Shown: positions 29,364 to 38,171 of the stretch, one piece after another
Numbering within the stretch: the stretch's first letter is position 1
How the letters are laid out: the number at the start of each line of letters is the position of its first letter
NCBI GenBank assembly: GCA_037441845.1
Contig: JBBIRK010000001.1
Coordinates: 1 to 64,000 of the forward strand
Direction of reading: 5' to 3'
DNA: 64,000 nt
Source of the DNA: Candidatus Zixiibacteriota bacterium
GTDB taxonomy: Bacteria > Zixibacteria > MSB-5A5 > UBA10806 > 4484-95
Made by a program: the position numbers and the translations under genes
Notes under the pieces: model-generated
Told to the model about the DNA's origin: nothing
The model's input: only the letters and a program-made list of their open reading frames with translations
Database searches by the model: none

Positions 29364-29398
29364 AAAAAAGGCGGCCCCGCATCATTCCGCGGACCGCC
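29364..29398 (-). terminator. Intrinsic terminator after rocD
   Basis: GGCGGTCCGC...GCGGGGCCGCC followed by TTTTTT on the minus strand. Confidence 0.65.
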
Positions 29399-29428
29399 AA
29401 GTTTCGGAGAATGCCGAATAAGACCGGC

Positions 29429-30712
29429 TTAATCTATCAGAACTTTCTCCAACCTTTCGCATAAGTAATCGATTTCGTTATCGCCGATTATCAAGGGTGG
29501 GGAAATTCTGATCGTATGCCCATGACTATCGTTCGCCAGCACTCCATGTTCCAGCAATTTACGGCAGTAGGCCATGGCATCGCCGGCCTTGACCTCTATC
29601 CCGATGAACAATCCCCGACCGCGCACCTCTTTTACGTGGTTCGAGCGACCGCCGATATCTTCAATTCTGCGTTTCAGAATCTCGCCCTGTTGGGCAGCTC
29701 TTTCGGGCAATTTTTCATTGATAATCACGTCCAGAGCTGCGATTCCGGCGACGCAAGCAAGGCTGAATCCGCCGAATGTGGAACCATCGGAACCCGGCTG
29801 GAACACCATATCCATAATCTGGGAGTTCGTGGCGAAAATCGACAAAGGCAGCAATCCTCCCGATAAGGCTTTTCCTAAAATGATGCCGTCGGGAACGACC
29901 CCCTCGTGCTCGAAACAGAACATTTTGCCGGTGCGTCCGAGTCCGACCTGAATTTCGTCGAAAACCAGCATCAAGTCGTTTTGGTCGGCAATTTCCCGCA
30001 AGCCTCTCAAGAAACCGGGGGGCGGGACATACATGCCGCCTTCGCCCTGCATCGGCTCCACCAGAATTCCGCAGGTATTGGGCGTTATCGCTTTTTTCAC
30101 CGCCTCGAGGTCGCCGTAATCGACGCTGACGAATCCGGGTGTGAGCGGCCCAAAACCGGTTTTATATTTCGGGGTGGTAGAAAAGGAGATGACAGTTATC
30201 ATCCGCCCGTGGAAATTGTTGTTGAAAACTATTATCTCTTGTTTGCCGTCGGGGATACCTTTATGTTTGTAGCCGAAATAGCGCATCGTTTTCAGGCTGG
30301 TTTCCACCGACTCCACACCGCCGTTTTTGGGTAGAACTTTGTTGCCGTTGGGGCCGAATCGCGGGCCCAGCTGTGGCAACAAAGTGGCCACCTTTTTTAA
30401 AAAGATACCGAGAGCATCGGTATAGACGACGTTGGAAATAACCGAGGAATAATCGCCCCGCAACGCCTCGATAACCGCGTTTACGATTTTCGGGTGGTGG
30501 TGTCCTTGATTGGCGGCGGAATAAGCGGCAAGACAATCCAGATATCGTTTTCCCTCGATATTGGTCAGCCAAGCGCCTTTGGCCGTGCGCACAACCAGCC
30601 CGAGACGGCCATAATGGTGGGCTCCGTAAGTGTGTTCGAAATCGATAATATCTTTGTCGGATACATTGGAGTATCCTAAAACCGATTTATTGGCCAGATT
30701 TATTTCAACCAT
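29429..30712 (-). CDS. rocD: Ornithine--oxo-acid aminotransferase (class III PLP)
   Basis: YLDCLAAYSAANQGHHHP, NGGVESVE, FHGR, FGPLTPG, EPMQGEGG, DEIQVGLGRTG, LGKALSGG, STFGG. Confidence 0.88.
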   Translation of the reverse strand: MVEINLANKSVLGYSNVSDKDIIDFEHTYGAHHYGRLGLVVRTAKGAWLTNIEGKRYLDCLAAYSAANQGHHHPKIVNAVIEALRGDYSSVISNVVYTDALGIFLKKVATLLPQLGPRFGPNGNKVLPKNGGVESVETSLKTMRYFGYKHKGIPDGKQEIIVFNNNFHGRMITVISFSTTPKYKTGFGPLTPGFVSVDYGDLEAVKKAITPNTCGILVEPMQGEGGMYVPPPGFLRGLREIADQNDLMLVFDEIQVGLGRTGKMFCFEHEGVVPDGIILGKALSGGLLPLSIFATNSQIMDMVFQPGSDGSTFGGFSLACVAGIAALDVIINEKLPERAAQQGEILKRRIEDIGGRSNHVKEVRGRGLFIGIEVKAGDAMAYCRKLLEHGVLANDSHGHTIRISPPLIIGDNEIDYLCERLEKVLID

Positions 30713-30773
30713 GGTGACTCCCTATTGATAAAATTGATTGTGCTTGTAAACGTAAAATATGAAAAGGTGGGAA

Positions 30774-30860
30774 TTAGAGCTGACCTTTGAGGTATATACG
30801 CCACATGATACGGCGTTTCAACCGAATCCATCCATCTATTTCATTGAGAACACGTCTCAT
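30774..30860 (-). CDS. Putative Arg-rich leader peptide MRRVLNEIDGWIRLKRRIMWRIYLKGQL
   Basis: ATG 7 nt after the predicted -10; 6 Arg in 28 codons; stop 61 nt before the rocD ATG. Confidence 0.45.
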   Translation of the reverse strand: MRRVLNEIDGWIRLKRRIMWRIYLKGQL

Positions 30861-30866
30861 GTTGGC

Positions 30867-30895
30867 AAGATAATCCATTATGTTCCAATTGTCAA
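30867..30895 (-). promoter_or_regulatory. Sigma70-type promoter for rocD
   Basis: TTGACA-17nt-TATCTT. Confidence 0.7.
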
Positions 30896-31324
30896 TCTAA
30901 ATCGGTTGCATTCCCCACTGGGCTAATCGTTCCCTGCGAAACACCGCTTGCATCCTCATATAGCCCATTTGACTTGCCATTAATTGGTCTAAAAAAATTT
31001 GACCGCCTCCACAAATTTATCTTCATATAAATTCTATCGGCAGTCGTAAGCGGCAAATTGAATCAGTGGACTATAAAGCTGATATCGATAGGCCCGGAAT
31101 AATGGAAATGAGCAGCCGTCATGAATTTCACAGCTTACTATTAGGGCTGAATCCTAATATATGGACTGAGTCGAGCATTGGCAGTTACGGCAAACTGTAG
31201 AATTACATGAAAATCGACAGCTTTTCCTATATTTGGCAGAGGGGCATACCTGAGTCAATGATTCTTTTTTGGCGCAGATTCAGCCGCAGAAAATTCGAAA
31301 TCCCGTTTGGCTCTCAATCCGCCG

Positions 31325-32044
31325 CTAAATGCTGCAGACGATGAGCATTTCGAAATCGTCAGGAGTCAATTTATCGTTTCGCGAGAAAGCTCCCAATTTG
31401 GCTCCGAAAATGTCTATTTTTTTGTATCCGAGGGTTTGCAGTAACCAAGTTATTTCGCTGGGAACGTAATACCGCTCGTTGCTTCGTATTTCCATTTCAT
31501 TTCCCGAATCATCCTCGACCAGCGTGGTGTTGAAATCGCGAAAGGTCATTAAATCGAACGTTTCGCTCTTGTCGGCGAAATGAAACAACGGGAAAAGCCC
31601 ATTCAATGTGGTAAATATGAATTTTCCATTTCGATTCAGCGCCTTGGTGATGTTCCTGAGTATTTCAAAATTCATCTCGTCGGTTTCCATGAGGGGAAAT
31701 CCGCCCTCGCAAAGCATTATCGCCAGATCGAATTCATTTTCAAAAGGAAGGGCCCTGGCGTCATGCCTGCGAAAATTCACTTTCACCCCTTGCGCTTTCG
31801 CTTTTTCCCTGGCCCATGCGAGTTGCGGTTCGGATAGATCGATTCCGGTCACCCGATACCCTCTCTTGGCCAGCTCGATAGCATGGCGGCCGGTGCCACA
31901 GCCCACATCCAGGATTTTGGTCGATTTGTCGCGGTTTATTTCCAGCTCGATAAAATCGCATTCTCCGGGCGTTCCCTGGACAAAGCATTCTCGATCATAT
32001 TTGCGCGCGTAATTTTCGAACAGCAGTTCATACCATTGCTTCAT
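31325..32044 (-). CDS. Class I SAM-dependent methyltransferase
   Basis: ILDVGCGTGRH, VTGIDLS, DARAL, FDLAI; GGAG SD before MKQWY. Confidence 0.9.
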   Translation of the reverse strand: MKQWYELLFENYARKYDRECFVQGTPGECDFIELEINRDKSTKILDVGCGTGRHAIELAKRGYRVTGIDLSEPQLAWAREKAKAQGVKVNFRRHDARALPFENEFDLAIMLCEGGFPLMETDEMNFEILRNITKALNRNGKFIFTTLNGLFPLFHFADKSETFDLMTFRDFNTTLVEDDSGNEMEIRSNERYYVPSEITWLLQTLGYKKIDIFGAKLGAFSRNDKLTPDDFEMLIVCSI

Positions 32045-32138
32045 CACCGACTCCATCACCTTTTTAGCGATCCGCGATCATTGTCGGTCGAGCCCAAAAT
32101 CCAATCCCGTTGGGACAGGGGAATTTCAGGAAAAACGG

Positions 32139-32227
32139 CGGAGAGACTGGGATTCGAACCCAGGAGGCGCTTTTGGCACCTACACGCTCTCCAGGCGTGC
32201 TCCTTAGACCAACTCGGACATCTCTCC
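32139..32227 (-). tRNA. tRNA-Ser(GGA)
   Basis: Acceptor GGAGAGA/TCTCTCC plus G73, anticodon stem CACGC/GCGTG with loop CT-GGA-GA, long variable arm, GTTCGAATC; followed by CCG, not CCA. Confidence 0.96.
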
Positions 32228-32234
32228 TGGGATC

Positions 32235-32263
32235 ATCTTAATTTATCGGCAGCCCGATGTCAA
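32235..32263 (-). promoter_or_regulatory. Sigma70-type promoter for tRNA-Ser
   Basis: TTGACA-17nt-TAAGAT. Confidence 0.75.
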
Positions 32264-32304
32264 TCACAAGTTCGATGTCATGCATGCATGACTATGGAAT
32301 GGGC

Positions 32305-32333
32305 TTGACAGCGGCGGGGCGTGAAGATACTAT
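32305..32333 (+). promoter_or_regulatory. Sigma70-type promoter for mazG, predicted leaderless
   Basis: TTGACA-17nt-TACTAT; ATG 8 nt downstream, no SD. Confidence 0.72.
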
Positions 32334-32340
32334 CCTTTCT

Positions 32341-33114
32341 ATGGATAATATTCAAAGACTTATTGACATAGTCGCCCGGCTGCGCGGTCCCGACGGCTGC
32401 CCGTGGGACAAAGCCCAAAATCATCGCTCACTCAAACCATACCTGCTGGAGGAGGCCTACGAAACGCTGGAGGCAATCGACGACGACGATCCGGAAAAGC
32501 TCGAGGAGGAGCTGGGGGATCTGTTGCTGCATATAATCTTTCACGCTCAGATCGCCGCCGAATCGGGAAAATTCGATATCGACGAGGTGGGGCGGAAAAT
32601 ATGCGATAAGTTGATCATGAGGCACCCCCACGTGTTCGCGGAGAAAACGGAAATGACCACGGAAAAAGTGCTCGATCAATGGGAGGCGATAAAGAAAATC
32701 AACCGTACCGGTCATTCTGCGCTCGATGGTTTGCCGCGGGAGCTGCCGGCGCTGCTTAAGGCTTTCCGCATTCAGGAAAAAGTCGGGCGACTCGGTTTCG
32801 ATTGGCAAATGCCGAAGGATGTGCTCGCCAAAATAAAGGAAGAGATAGCCGAATTCGAGGCGGCGTTGAATTCCGACGACAAGGATGCGCTCGAAGACGA
32901 ACTGGGGGATCTCCTCTTTTCGCTCGTCAACCTCAGCCGGCATCTTAAGCTCAACGCCGAATCGGCTTTGCAAAAAACCAACGATAAGTTTATCCGAAGA
33001 TTCCGCCATATCGAAAAAAGGATCGATTCTTCCGGCAGAAAAATCGAAGAGGTGACGCTCGAGGAAATGGATCGGTTGTGGGAAGAAGGAAAAGACCTCG
33101 AAAACAGCCGGTGA
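32341..33114 (+). CDS. mazG: Nucleoside triphosphate pyrophosphohydrolase MazG
   Basis: GCPWD, LLEEAYE, EELGDLL, RHPHVF, GFDW, DELGDLLF, KFIRRF. Confidence 0.95.
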   Translation: MDNIQRLIDIVARLRGPDGCPWDKAQNHRSLKPYLLEEAYETLEAIDDDDPEKLEEELGDLLLHIIFHAQIAAESGKFDIDEVGRKICDKLIMRHPHVFAEKTEMTTEKVLDQWEAIKKINRTGHSALDGLPRELPALLKAFRIQEKVGRLGFDWQMPKDVLAKIKEEIAEFEAALNSDDKDALEDELGDLLFSLVNLSRHLKLNAESALQKTNDKFIRRFRHIEKRIDSSGRKIEEVTLEEMDRLWEEGKDLENSR

Positions 33115-33190
33115 TACGGGATCGAAACGCACTATCGGATTTCACGGCGGAATAAACGATTCCTATCGGCATCGGGGAAAGTGATCGACA

Positions 33191-34252
33191 TTGAGCCAAC
33201 TGGAAATCGCCGGAATATCCAAAAGTTTCGGCAAAGACCGGAAAGTGCTCCAGGACATTGAGTTCACGGTGGAGCGAGGGGAATTTCTGGTTATTTTGGG
33301 GCCATCGGGATGCGGCAAGACCACGCTCTTGCGGATTATCGCCGGACTCGAAAAAGCCGATAAAGGACGGGTAATCATCGGCGGAAAAGACGTAAGTTCG
33401 CTCGAACCCAGATTCAGGGACGTTGCGATGGTTTTTCAGAGCTACGCTCTTTATCCCCACATGACGGTATTCGAAAACCTGGCTTTCGCGCTTAAAATCA
33501 GAAAATTAGATAGGGCAAGGATAAAAGAAAAAGTGATCGCAACCGCGCAGCTTTTGGGATTGGAGCGATATTTAGACGCGAAACCTGCCCAACTTTCGGG
33601 CGGTCAACGCCAGCGCGTAGCTCTCGGACGAGCAATGGTGCGGAATCCGACGCTTTTTTTATTCGACGAACCTCTCTCGAATCTCGACGCCGAGCTGCGC
33701 GCCAGAATGCGCCTTGAACTGCTTGCGATTCACCGGCAGCTGACGGCGACATCTCTTTATGTCACCCACGACCAAGTCGAGGCGATGACGCTCGCCGACA
33801 GAATCATAATTCTTCACGATGGAAAACAGATCGGTCCGGAAACACCCAGACGCTTGTACGACAATCCACCCGATATTTTTACGGCCCGGTTTTTGGGCAA
33901 CCCGCCGATGAATATCCTGCCCGGCAATGTGGACCGGGAAAGACGGAAAATCGTATTCGCCGATGGTGCCGAGGTCGATTGCCCGGAAAAAGTAATGAAC
34001 TATGAAAATGTATTGTACGGCTTTCGACCGGAACATTGTCGTATAGTGGACAACGGAACATTTATCTTAAAGATCCACGGCTATGAAGACACCGGCAGGG
34101 AATATACAGTTGAACTGGCGGATCAAAGGGGAACGCGCATTTTCTGCTTTACCGGATACCGGCCGGTCAACGAACAATTATGCGGGTTGATTGTCGAAAA
34201 AGCCGCTTATTTCGATCCGCAAAGCGGCCAGGCGATCGGAGATCCGCTATAG
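33191..34252 (+). CDS. MalK/MsmX-type sugar ABC ATPase (orphan)
   Basis: GPSGCGKT, VFQSYALYPHM, LSGGQRQR, DEPLSNLD, YVTHDQ; TTG start. Confidence 0.92.
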   Translation: MSQLEIAGISKSFGKDRKVLQDIEFTVERGEFLVILGPSGCGKTTLLRIIAGLEKADKGRVIIGGKDVSSLEPRFRDVAMVFQSYALYPHMTVFENLAFALKIRKLDRARIKEKVIATAQLLGLERYLDAKPAQLSGGQRQRVALGRAMVRNPTLFLFDEPLSNLDAELRARMRLELLAIHRQLTATSLYVTHDQVEAMTLADRIIILHDGKQIGPETPRRLYDNPPDIFTARFLGNPPMNILPGNVDRERRKIVFADGAEVDCPEKVMNYENVLYGFRPEHCRIVDNGTFILKIHGYEDTGREYTVELADQRGTRIFCFTGYRPVNEQLCGLIVEKAAYFDPQSGQAIGDPL

Positions 34253-34380
34253 GTCGGCTGACAGTATGCAAGGCTGGAGCCTGGAACAAATCATGTCGGC
34301 CGGCATGTATTTAGGAAGGATTGCGGGTTCCGGGCATTAGGCGGCGGAAGGCAATAAAAAGATTAAGCATTATAAACATC

Positions 34381-34409
34381 TTGACATATGAAAGAAATAA
34401 GATGATTTT
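34381..34409 (+). promoter_or_regulatory. Possible promoter for the pth-rpsF operon
   Basis: TTGACA-17nt-GATTTT (weak -10). Confidence 0.4.
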
Positions 34410-34420
34410 TAGGTTTTGTT

Positions 34421-35017
34421 ATGGATTTCCGGATTTCATCGGAAACCTCGAAAGTGGTAATCGGTCTCGGCAATCCGGGTAAGCGCTATGCCGCAACTCG
34501 GCATAATCTGGGATTTCAAGTGATAGATCGGGCGGCGTTTTTGAAAAAAAAAGAATTTGTCGAGCTCGGCTCGAAGATATCGTTCTGCCGGCTGTCATCC
34601 GACGACGTCGACCACTATTTGGCCAAGCCGTTGACATATATGAATCAATCGGGAGCGGCGGTGAAAGCGCTGGTCAATGGATTCGGAGTGAAAACGGAAA
34701 ACTTGCTGGTCGTCTGCGATGATTGCAATTTGCCGCCGGGCAAGATTCGTTTTCGGAAAAGCGGCACCGACGGCGGACATCGGGGATTGGGCTCGATCAT
34801 AGAGGCGATCGGTTCGATTCATTTTCCGCGTCTGCGTTTGGGAATCGGGCCGAGTCCGGAAAATGTGCCGCTGGAGGATTTCGTTTTGCAGGAATTTTCG
34901 CAAGATGAGTTGAAACTTATCGATCTTGTGATAGATAGAAGCATTCAGATAATGGATCGGTGGCTGGCCGGCGATCTGAATGCGGTATCGGCGACATTTA
35001 ATGTAACGTTAACCTAA
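34421..35017 (+). CDS. pth: Peptidyl-tRNA hydrolase
   Basis: GLGNPG..Y..TRHNLGF, KPLTYMN, GGHRG, RLRLGIG. Confidence 0.95.
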   Translation: MDFRISSETSKVVIGLGNPGKRYAATRHNLGFQVIDRAAFLKKKEFVELGSKISFCRLSSDDVDHYLAKPLTYMNQSGAAVKALVNGFGVKTENLLVVCDDCNLPPGKIRFRKSGTDGGHRGLGSIIEAIGSIHFPRLRLGIGPSPENVPLEDFVLQEFSQDELKLIDLVIDRSIQIMDRWLAGDLNAVSATFNVTLT

Positions 35018-35024
35018 CTAAACC

Positions 35025-35067
35025 GACCATTTCCCTACTCCTGAATGGAGTCGTGGTCCGAAGGGAG
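35025..35067 (+). ncRNA. Probable S6:S18 ribosomal protein leader
   Basis: GACCAT/GTGGTC stem enclosing TTCCCT and an ACTCC/GGAGT hairpin; the CCC motif can pair with the SD AGGGAG. Confidence 0.55.
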
Positions 35068-35072
35068 CTATC

Positions 35073-35402
35073 GTGAAAATCTACGAACTGACATTTATCC
35101 TCAATCCGAATCTCGACGAAGAAGCCTTGAAAGCGGAGATCAATAAAGTGGAATCCCAAATCAAGGGTCTGTCGGGGACCATTCTCGAAATCCAAAATCT
35201 GGGCAAAAAGGGATTCGCTTACATTCTGAAAGGACACCGCCAGGGAACCTACATAACGATATACTATCAAGCCGACCCCTCGGCGGTGCGCCAGATCGAA
35301 ACATCGCTGAAACTTAACGAACAGATATTGAGGTTTCTTACTTTAGTGTTGTCGCCTTCGGAATATAAACCAAGGGCTCAAGAAGAATCAGTGACAAAAT
35401 AG
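35073..35402 (+). CDS. rpsF: 30S ribosomal protein S6
   Basis: YELTFILNP, GKKGFAY.., ILRFL; GTG start; rpsF-ssb-rpsR order. Confidence 0.95.
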   Translation: MKIYELTFILNPNLDEEALKAEINKVESQIKGLSGTILEIQNLGKKGFAYILKGHRQGTYITIYYQADPSAVRQIETSLKLNEQILRFLTLVLSPSEYKPRAQEESVTK

Positions 35403-35412
35403 CGGAGGGATT

Positions 35413-35841
35413 ATGGGCGAAACGAGACCTCCTTTATTGAACAAGATCTTCATAGTGGGAAACCTAACGCGCGACCCGGAATTGCGCCATACGACCAACG
35501 GCACCCCGGTTGTCAACTTCAGAATCGCCGCAAACAGGAGATTCAAGGATAATTCGGGAGAAGTTAAGGAAGAAGTTTGCTATGTCGGAGTAGTCGCTTG
35601 GCAAAAGCTCGCTTCATCCTGCGCGGATTATCTCAAGAAAGGGAGCGCCGTATATGTCGAGGGGGAATTGCGTTCGCGCACGATAGAATCGGGAAACGGT
35701 TCGCCCAAATCGATTATCGAAATTCGCGCCAATCATATCCAATTTCTCGACAGGAGAAAAGGTCCGATTGCCGATTCGACCGACGGCGAGATAGGCGAAA
35801 CGGGACTTGATGACGATTTCAATGTGCAAGAGGAGTTTTAG
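35413..35841 (+). CDS. ssb: Single-stranded DNA-binding protein
   Basis: NKIFIVGNLTRDPELR, LKKGSAVYVEG, acidic tail ending in F. Confidence 0.95.
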   Translation: MGETRPPLLNKIFIVGNLTRDPELRHTTNGTPVVNFRIAANRRFKDNSGEVKEEVCYVGVVAWQKLASSCADYLKKGSAVYVEGELRSRTIESGNGSPKSIIEIRANHIQFLDRRKGPIADSTDGEIGETGLDDDFNVQEEF

Positions 35842-36066
35842 ATGGAAAGAAGAAAAAAGAAAACCTGCCGATTTTGCGATGAAAAACTCGTTCGTATCGA
35901 TTATCGTGACGAAAGGCTGCTTAGAAGATACGTCACCGAAAGGGGTAAAATCGTACCGGGCAGGATGACCGGGACATGCGCTAAACATCAGCGAAGACTG
36001 ACCACCGCGCTTAAACGGGCGCGCATAATGGCATTGATACCGTTTACGGCCGAGGATTTGGGTTGA
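35842..36066 (+). CDS. rpsR: 30S ribosomal protein S18 (Zn-binding C+ form)
   Basis: [32 protein letters not shown]. Confidence 0.96.
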   Translation: MERRKKKTCRFCDEKLVRIDYRDERLLRRYVTERGKIVPGRMTGTCAKHQRRLTTALKRARIMALIPFTAEDLG

Positions 36067-36067
36067 A

Positions 36068-37009
36068 GTGGATGAATCTCACGGGGTAGTCATAAAGTCC
36101 GATCGAGCCAGAATATGGCTGCTTTTAACCATCATTATAGTGGCCGGCGCCCTGGCCGGTTTGGCCCTGGTCAATACCATAGCTTTCATAGGGCTGATGA
36201 TAGGCTTGATAATCACGATCGTGCGCTATGGCTGGCGGTATTGCTTAATCGCGGCGTCAATATCGATGGGATTATGTTTTTTTTTATACGGCCCTATAAT
36301 TATGGGTGGGATGTTTCTTTTGTTCGTGCTTCCGGCGATGCTTATGGGACATAAAGCTCGACTGTTCGGAACCCACCGGCAGATTCTAATTTGGGGTCTC
36401 ATGGTTTACGCATTTCCCCTGTTTTTGCTGGTCATCTTATATCCGCAGTTGATTGCCGGGTCGGAGACATTCGCCAGGGAGATGTCCCAGCAATTGGCCG
36501 CGGAATCGGCCGTCTTGGGAATCACCGGCGCAGACATGCAATCCTACTTGGCATCGTTGGAAACCGTATTCGAATGGACGTTGAAACTCGCCCCCGGGAT
36601 TTTGGCGACGACATTCGTGGCATTTGTCGTTTTCGCTTACCTCGGAGCCAGCGCGGTTGCTCCCCGTTTCGGGGCGATCTTGCCGGCCATGACCCCATTC
36701 GCGTTTTGGAAAGGTCATGATTTGTGGCTTTTGCCGCTTGGTTCGGCGTTGCTGCTTTTGCTGATAGGCGGACCGACGGCCCGAATTATCGGCTATAATA
36801 TCGGCTTGTTCATGGTGCATGTTTATGCGGTTTTCGGCCTGGCGATAATCGAGTTTTTCTTAAGTAGAACCCTGTCTCTGGGTTGGCCAAGGCATTTTTT
36901 ATATATACTTATGTTGCTGGCGGCTATTATATTTATCCCCATGCTGGCGGTCATCGGATTGCTCGACAGCAGATTCGATCTGCGCCGGCTGAGTGAGGAA
37001 AGAGCGTAA
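36068..37009 (+). CDS. DUF2232 (YybS-like) membrane protein
   Basis: Multi-TM protein ending GLLDSRFDLRR; position between rpsR and rplI. Confidence 0.8.
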   Translation: MDESHGVVIKSDRARIWLLLTIIIVAGALAGLALVNTIAFIGLMIGLIITIVRYGWRYCLIAASISMGLCFFLYGPIIMGGMFLLFVLPAMLMGHKARLFGTHRQILIWGLMVYAFPLFLLVILYPQLIAGSETFAREMSQQLAAESAVLGITGADMQSYLASLETVFEWTLKLAPGILATTFVAFVVFAYLGASAVAPRFGAILPAMTPFAFWKGHDLWLLPLGSALLLLLIGGPTARIIGYNIGLFMVHVYAVFGLAIIEFFLSRTLSLGWPRHFLYILMLLAAIIFIPMLAVIGLLDSRFDLRRLSEERA

Positions 37010-37031
37010 ATTATTCGCAGGAGTGTTCAGC

Positions 37032-37484
37032 ATGAAAGTCATACTTAAAGACGATATCAAGAATCTCGGAAATTGCGGCGAAATAGTCGAGGTCAAAGGC
37101 GGCTACGCCAGAAACTTCCTGATACCGAAGAATCTGGCGGCACCCGCCACCCCGGGCTATCTGAAATCGATCGACGAAATCAAGCAGCAGAAAGCTATCA
37201 AAGATAACAAGCGCAAACGCGAAGCCGAAAAATTGAAAGACAAGCTCGAGAAAATCTCGCTTACGGCTGAAGTGTTGGTGGGCGAGGAAGATAAAATATT
37301 CGGCTCGGTGACGGCGGCCAATATCGCCTCCTTGCTTGCAGATCAGGGTTTTACTATCGACAAACGGGTCATCCATCTCGAAGAACCGATAAAGGCGGTC
37401 GGTGTATACACGATTCCCATAAAGCTGGAAAAAGAAGTTGTTGCAAATATCAAGCTTTGGGTGGTAAAAAAAGAGGAGAGTTGA
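37032..37484 (+). CDS. rplI: 50S ribosomal protein L9
   Basis: MKVILKDD..LG..G..V.VKGGYARNFLIP, IFGSVT. Confidence 0.96.
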   Translation: MKVILKDDIKNLGNCGEIVEVKGGYARNFLIPKNLAAPATPGYLKSIDEIKQQKAIKDNKRKREAEKLKDKLEKISLTAEVLVGEEDKIFGSVTAANIASLLADQGFTIDKRVIHLEEPIKAVGVYTIPIKLEKEVVANIKLWVVKKEES

Positions 37485-37539
37485 CGGAGCGATGCGGGGG
37501 GACAATTGGGGATTGCCAAAATAACGAGGCGAGGATCTT

Positions 37540-38022
37540 ATGGCGCTGGTTAGAGCCAAAATCAGCGGGTTGGCGCTCGACGTCACCACTAATTCGCCGG
37601 TTGTCACGCTGACGCCGGAAGATTCTCAGAAAGTGCTGCCGATCTGGATAGGCCACTACGAGGCTTGGGCGATAGGTATGGAGATGTCCGGGGTCGAGTC
37701 GAAACGACCTCTCACGCATGATTTGCTGTATTCCATAATCACGAGGATGGGCGGGGAAATCGAAAAAATCTGTGTGGTCGATTTAAGGGAACAAACATTT
37801 TACGCCACGATCCATATCAAGGCAAACGGCGAAATGTATGAAATCGATGCCCGCCCTTCGGATTCGATCGCCCTTGCGTTGAAAGCCAAAGCGCCGATTT
37901 TCGTCGAGGAAGAGCTCTTCCGGATCAAGGACGAAACACCCGGCGGAGTGCCCGACCAGGAAAGCTTGCGCGACCGACTTCGCCGCATGAATCCCGAGGA
38001 CTTCGGAAATTACCAAATCTGA
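37540..38022 (+). CDS. Bifunctional nuclease family protein (DUF151)
   Basis: LPIWIG..EA, RPLTHDL, FYA, IDARPSDSIALA. Confidence 0.9.
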   Translation: MALVRAKISGLALDVTTNSPVVTLTPEDSQKVLPIWIGHYEAWAIGMEMSGVESKRPLTHDLLYSIITRMGGEIEKICVVDLREQTFYATIHIKANGEMYEIDARPSDSIALALKAKAPIFVEEELFRIKDETPGGVPDQESLRDRLRRMNPEDFGNYQI

Positions 38023-38171
38023 AAATTTCCGAATGAACCACTCTAATAGGCGTGTGGCAGGAAATCGTTCAGCCGGCGGAATAACAGAACCGCGATGGAT
38101 AAATTATACAGGCCGGCCCGGTTAGTCTTCCCGAAGCAACGTTCTTCAAGCTTATGGACCTCATCTGACTT

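Noticed and set aside
31183..31225. GGCAAAC motif suggesting a c-di-GMP-I riboswitch
   Set aside because: The GNRA-capped stem and GACGCAAAG element are missing, and no + strand gene follows.
30900..31320. AT-richer intergenic stretch with a 32-codon ORF (31102-31200) and a small hairpin
   Set aside because: No convincing SD, homology or extended structure; an sRNA cannot be excluded.
31325..32227. Possible island integrated at the tRNA-Ser 3' end
   Set aside because: No integrase and no duplicated tRNA 3' end (att repeat) found.
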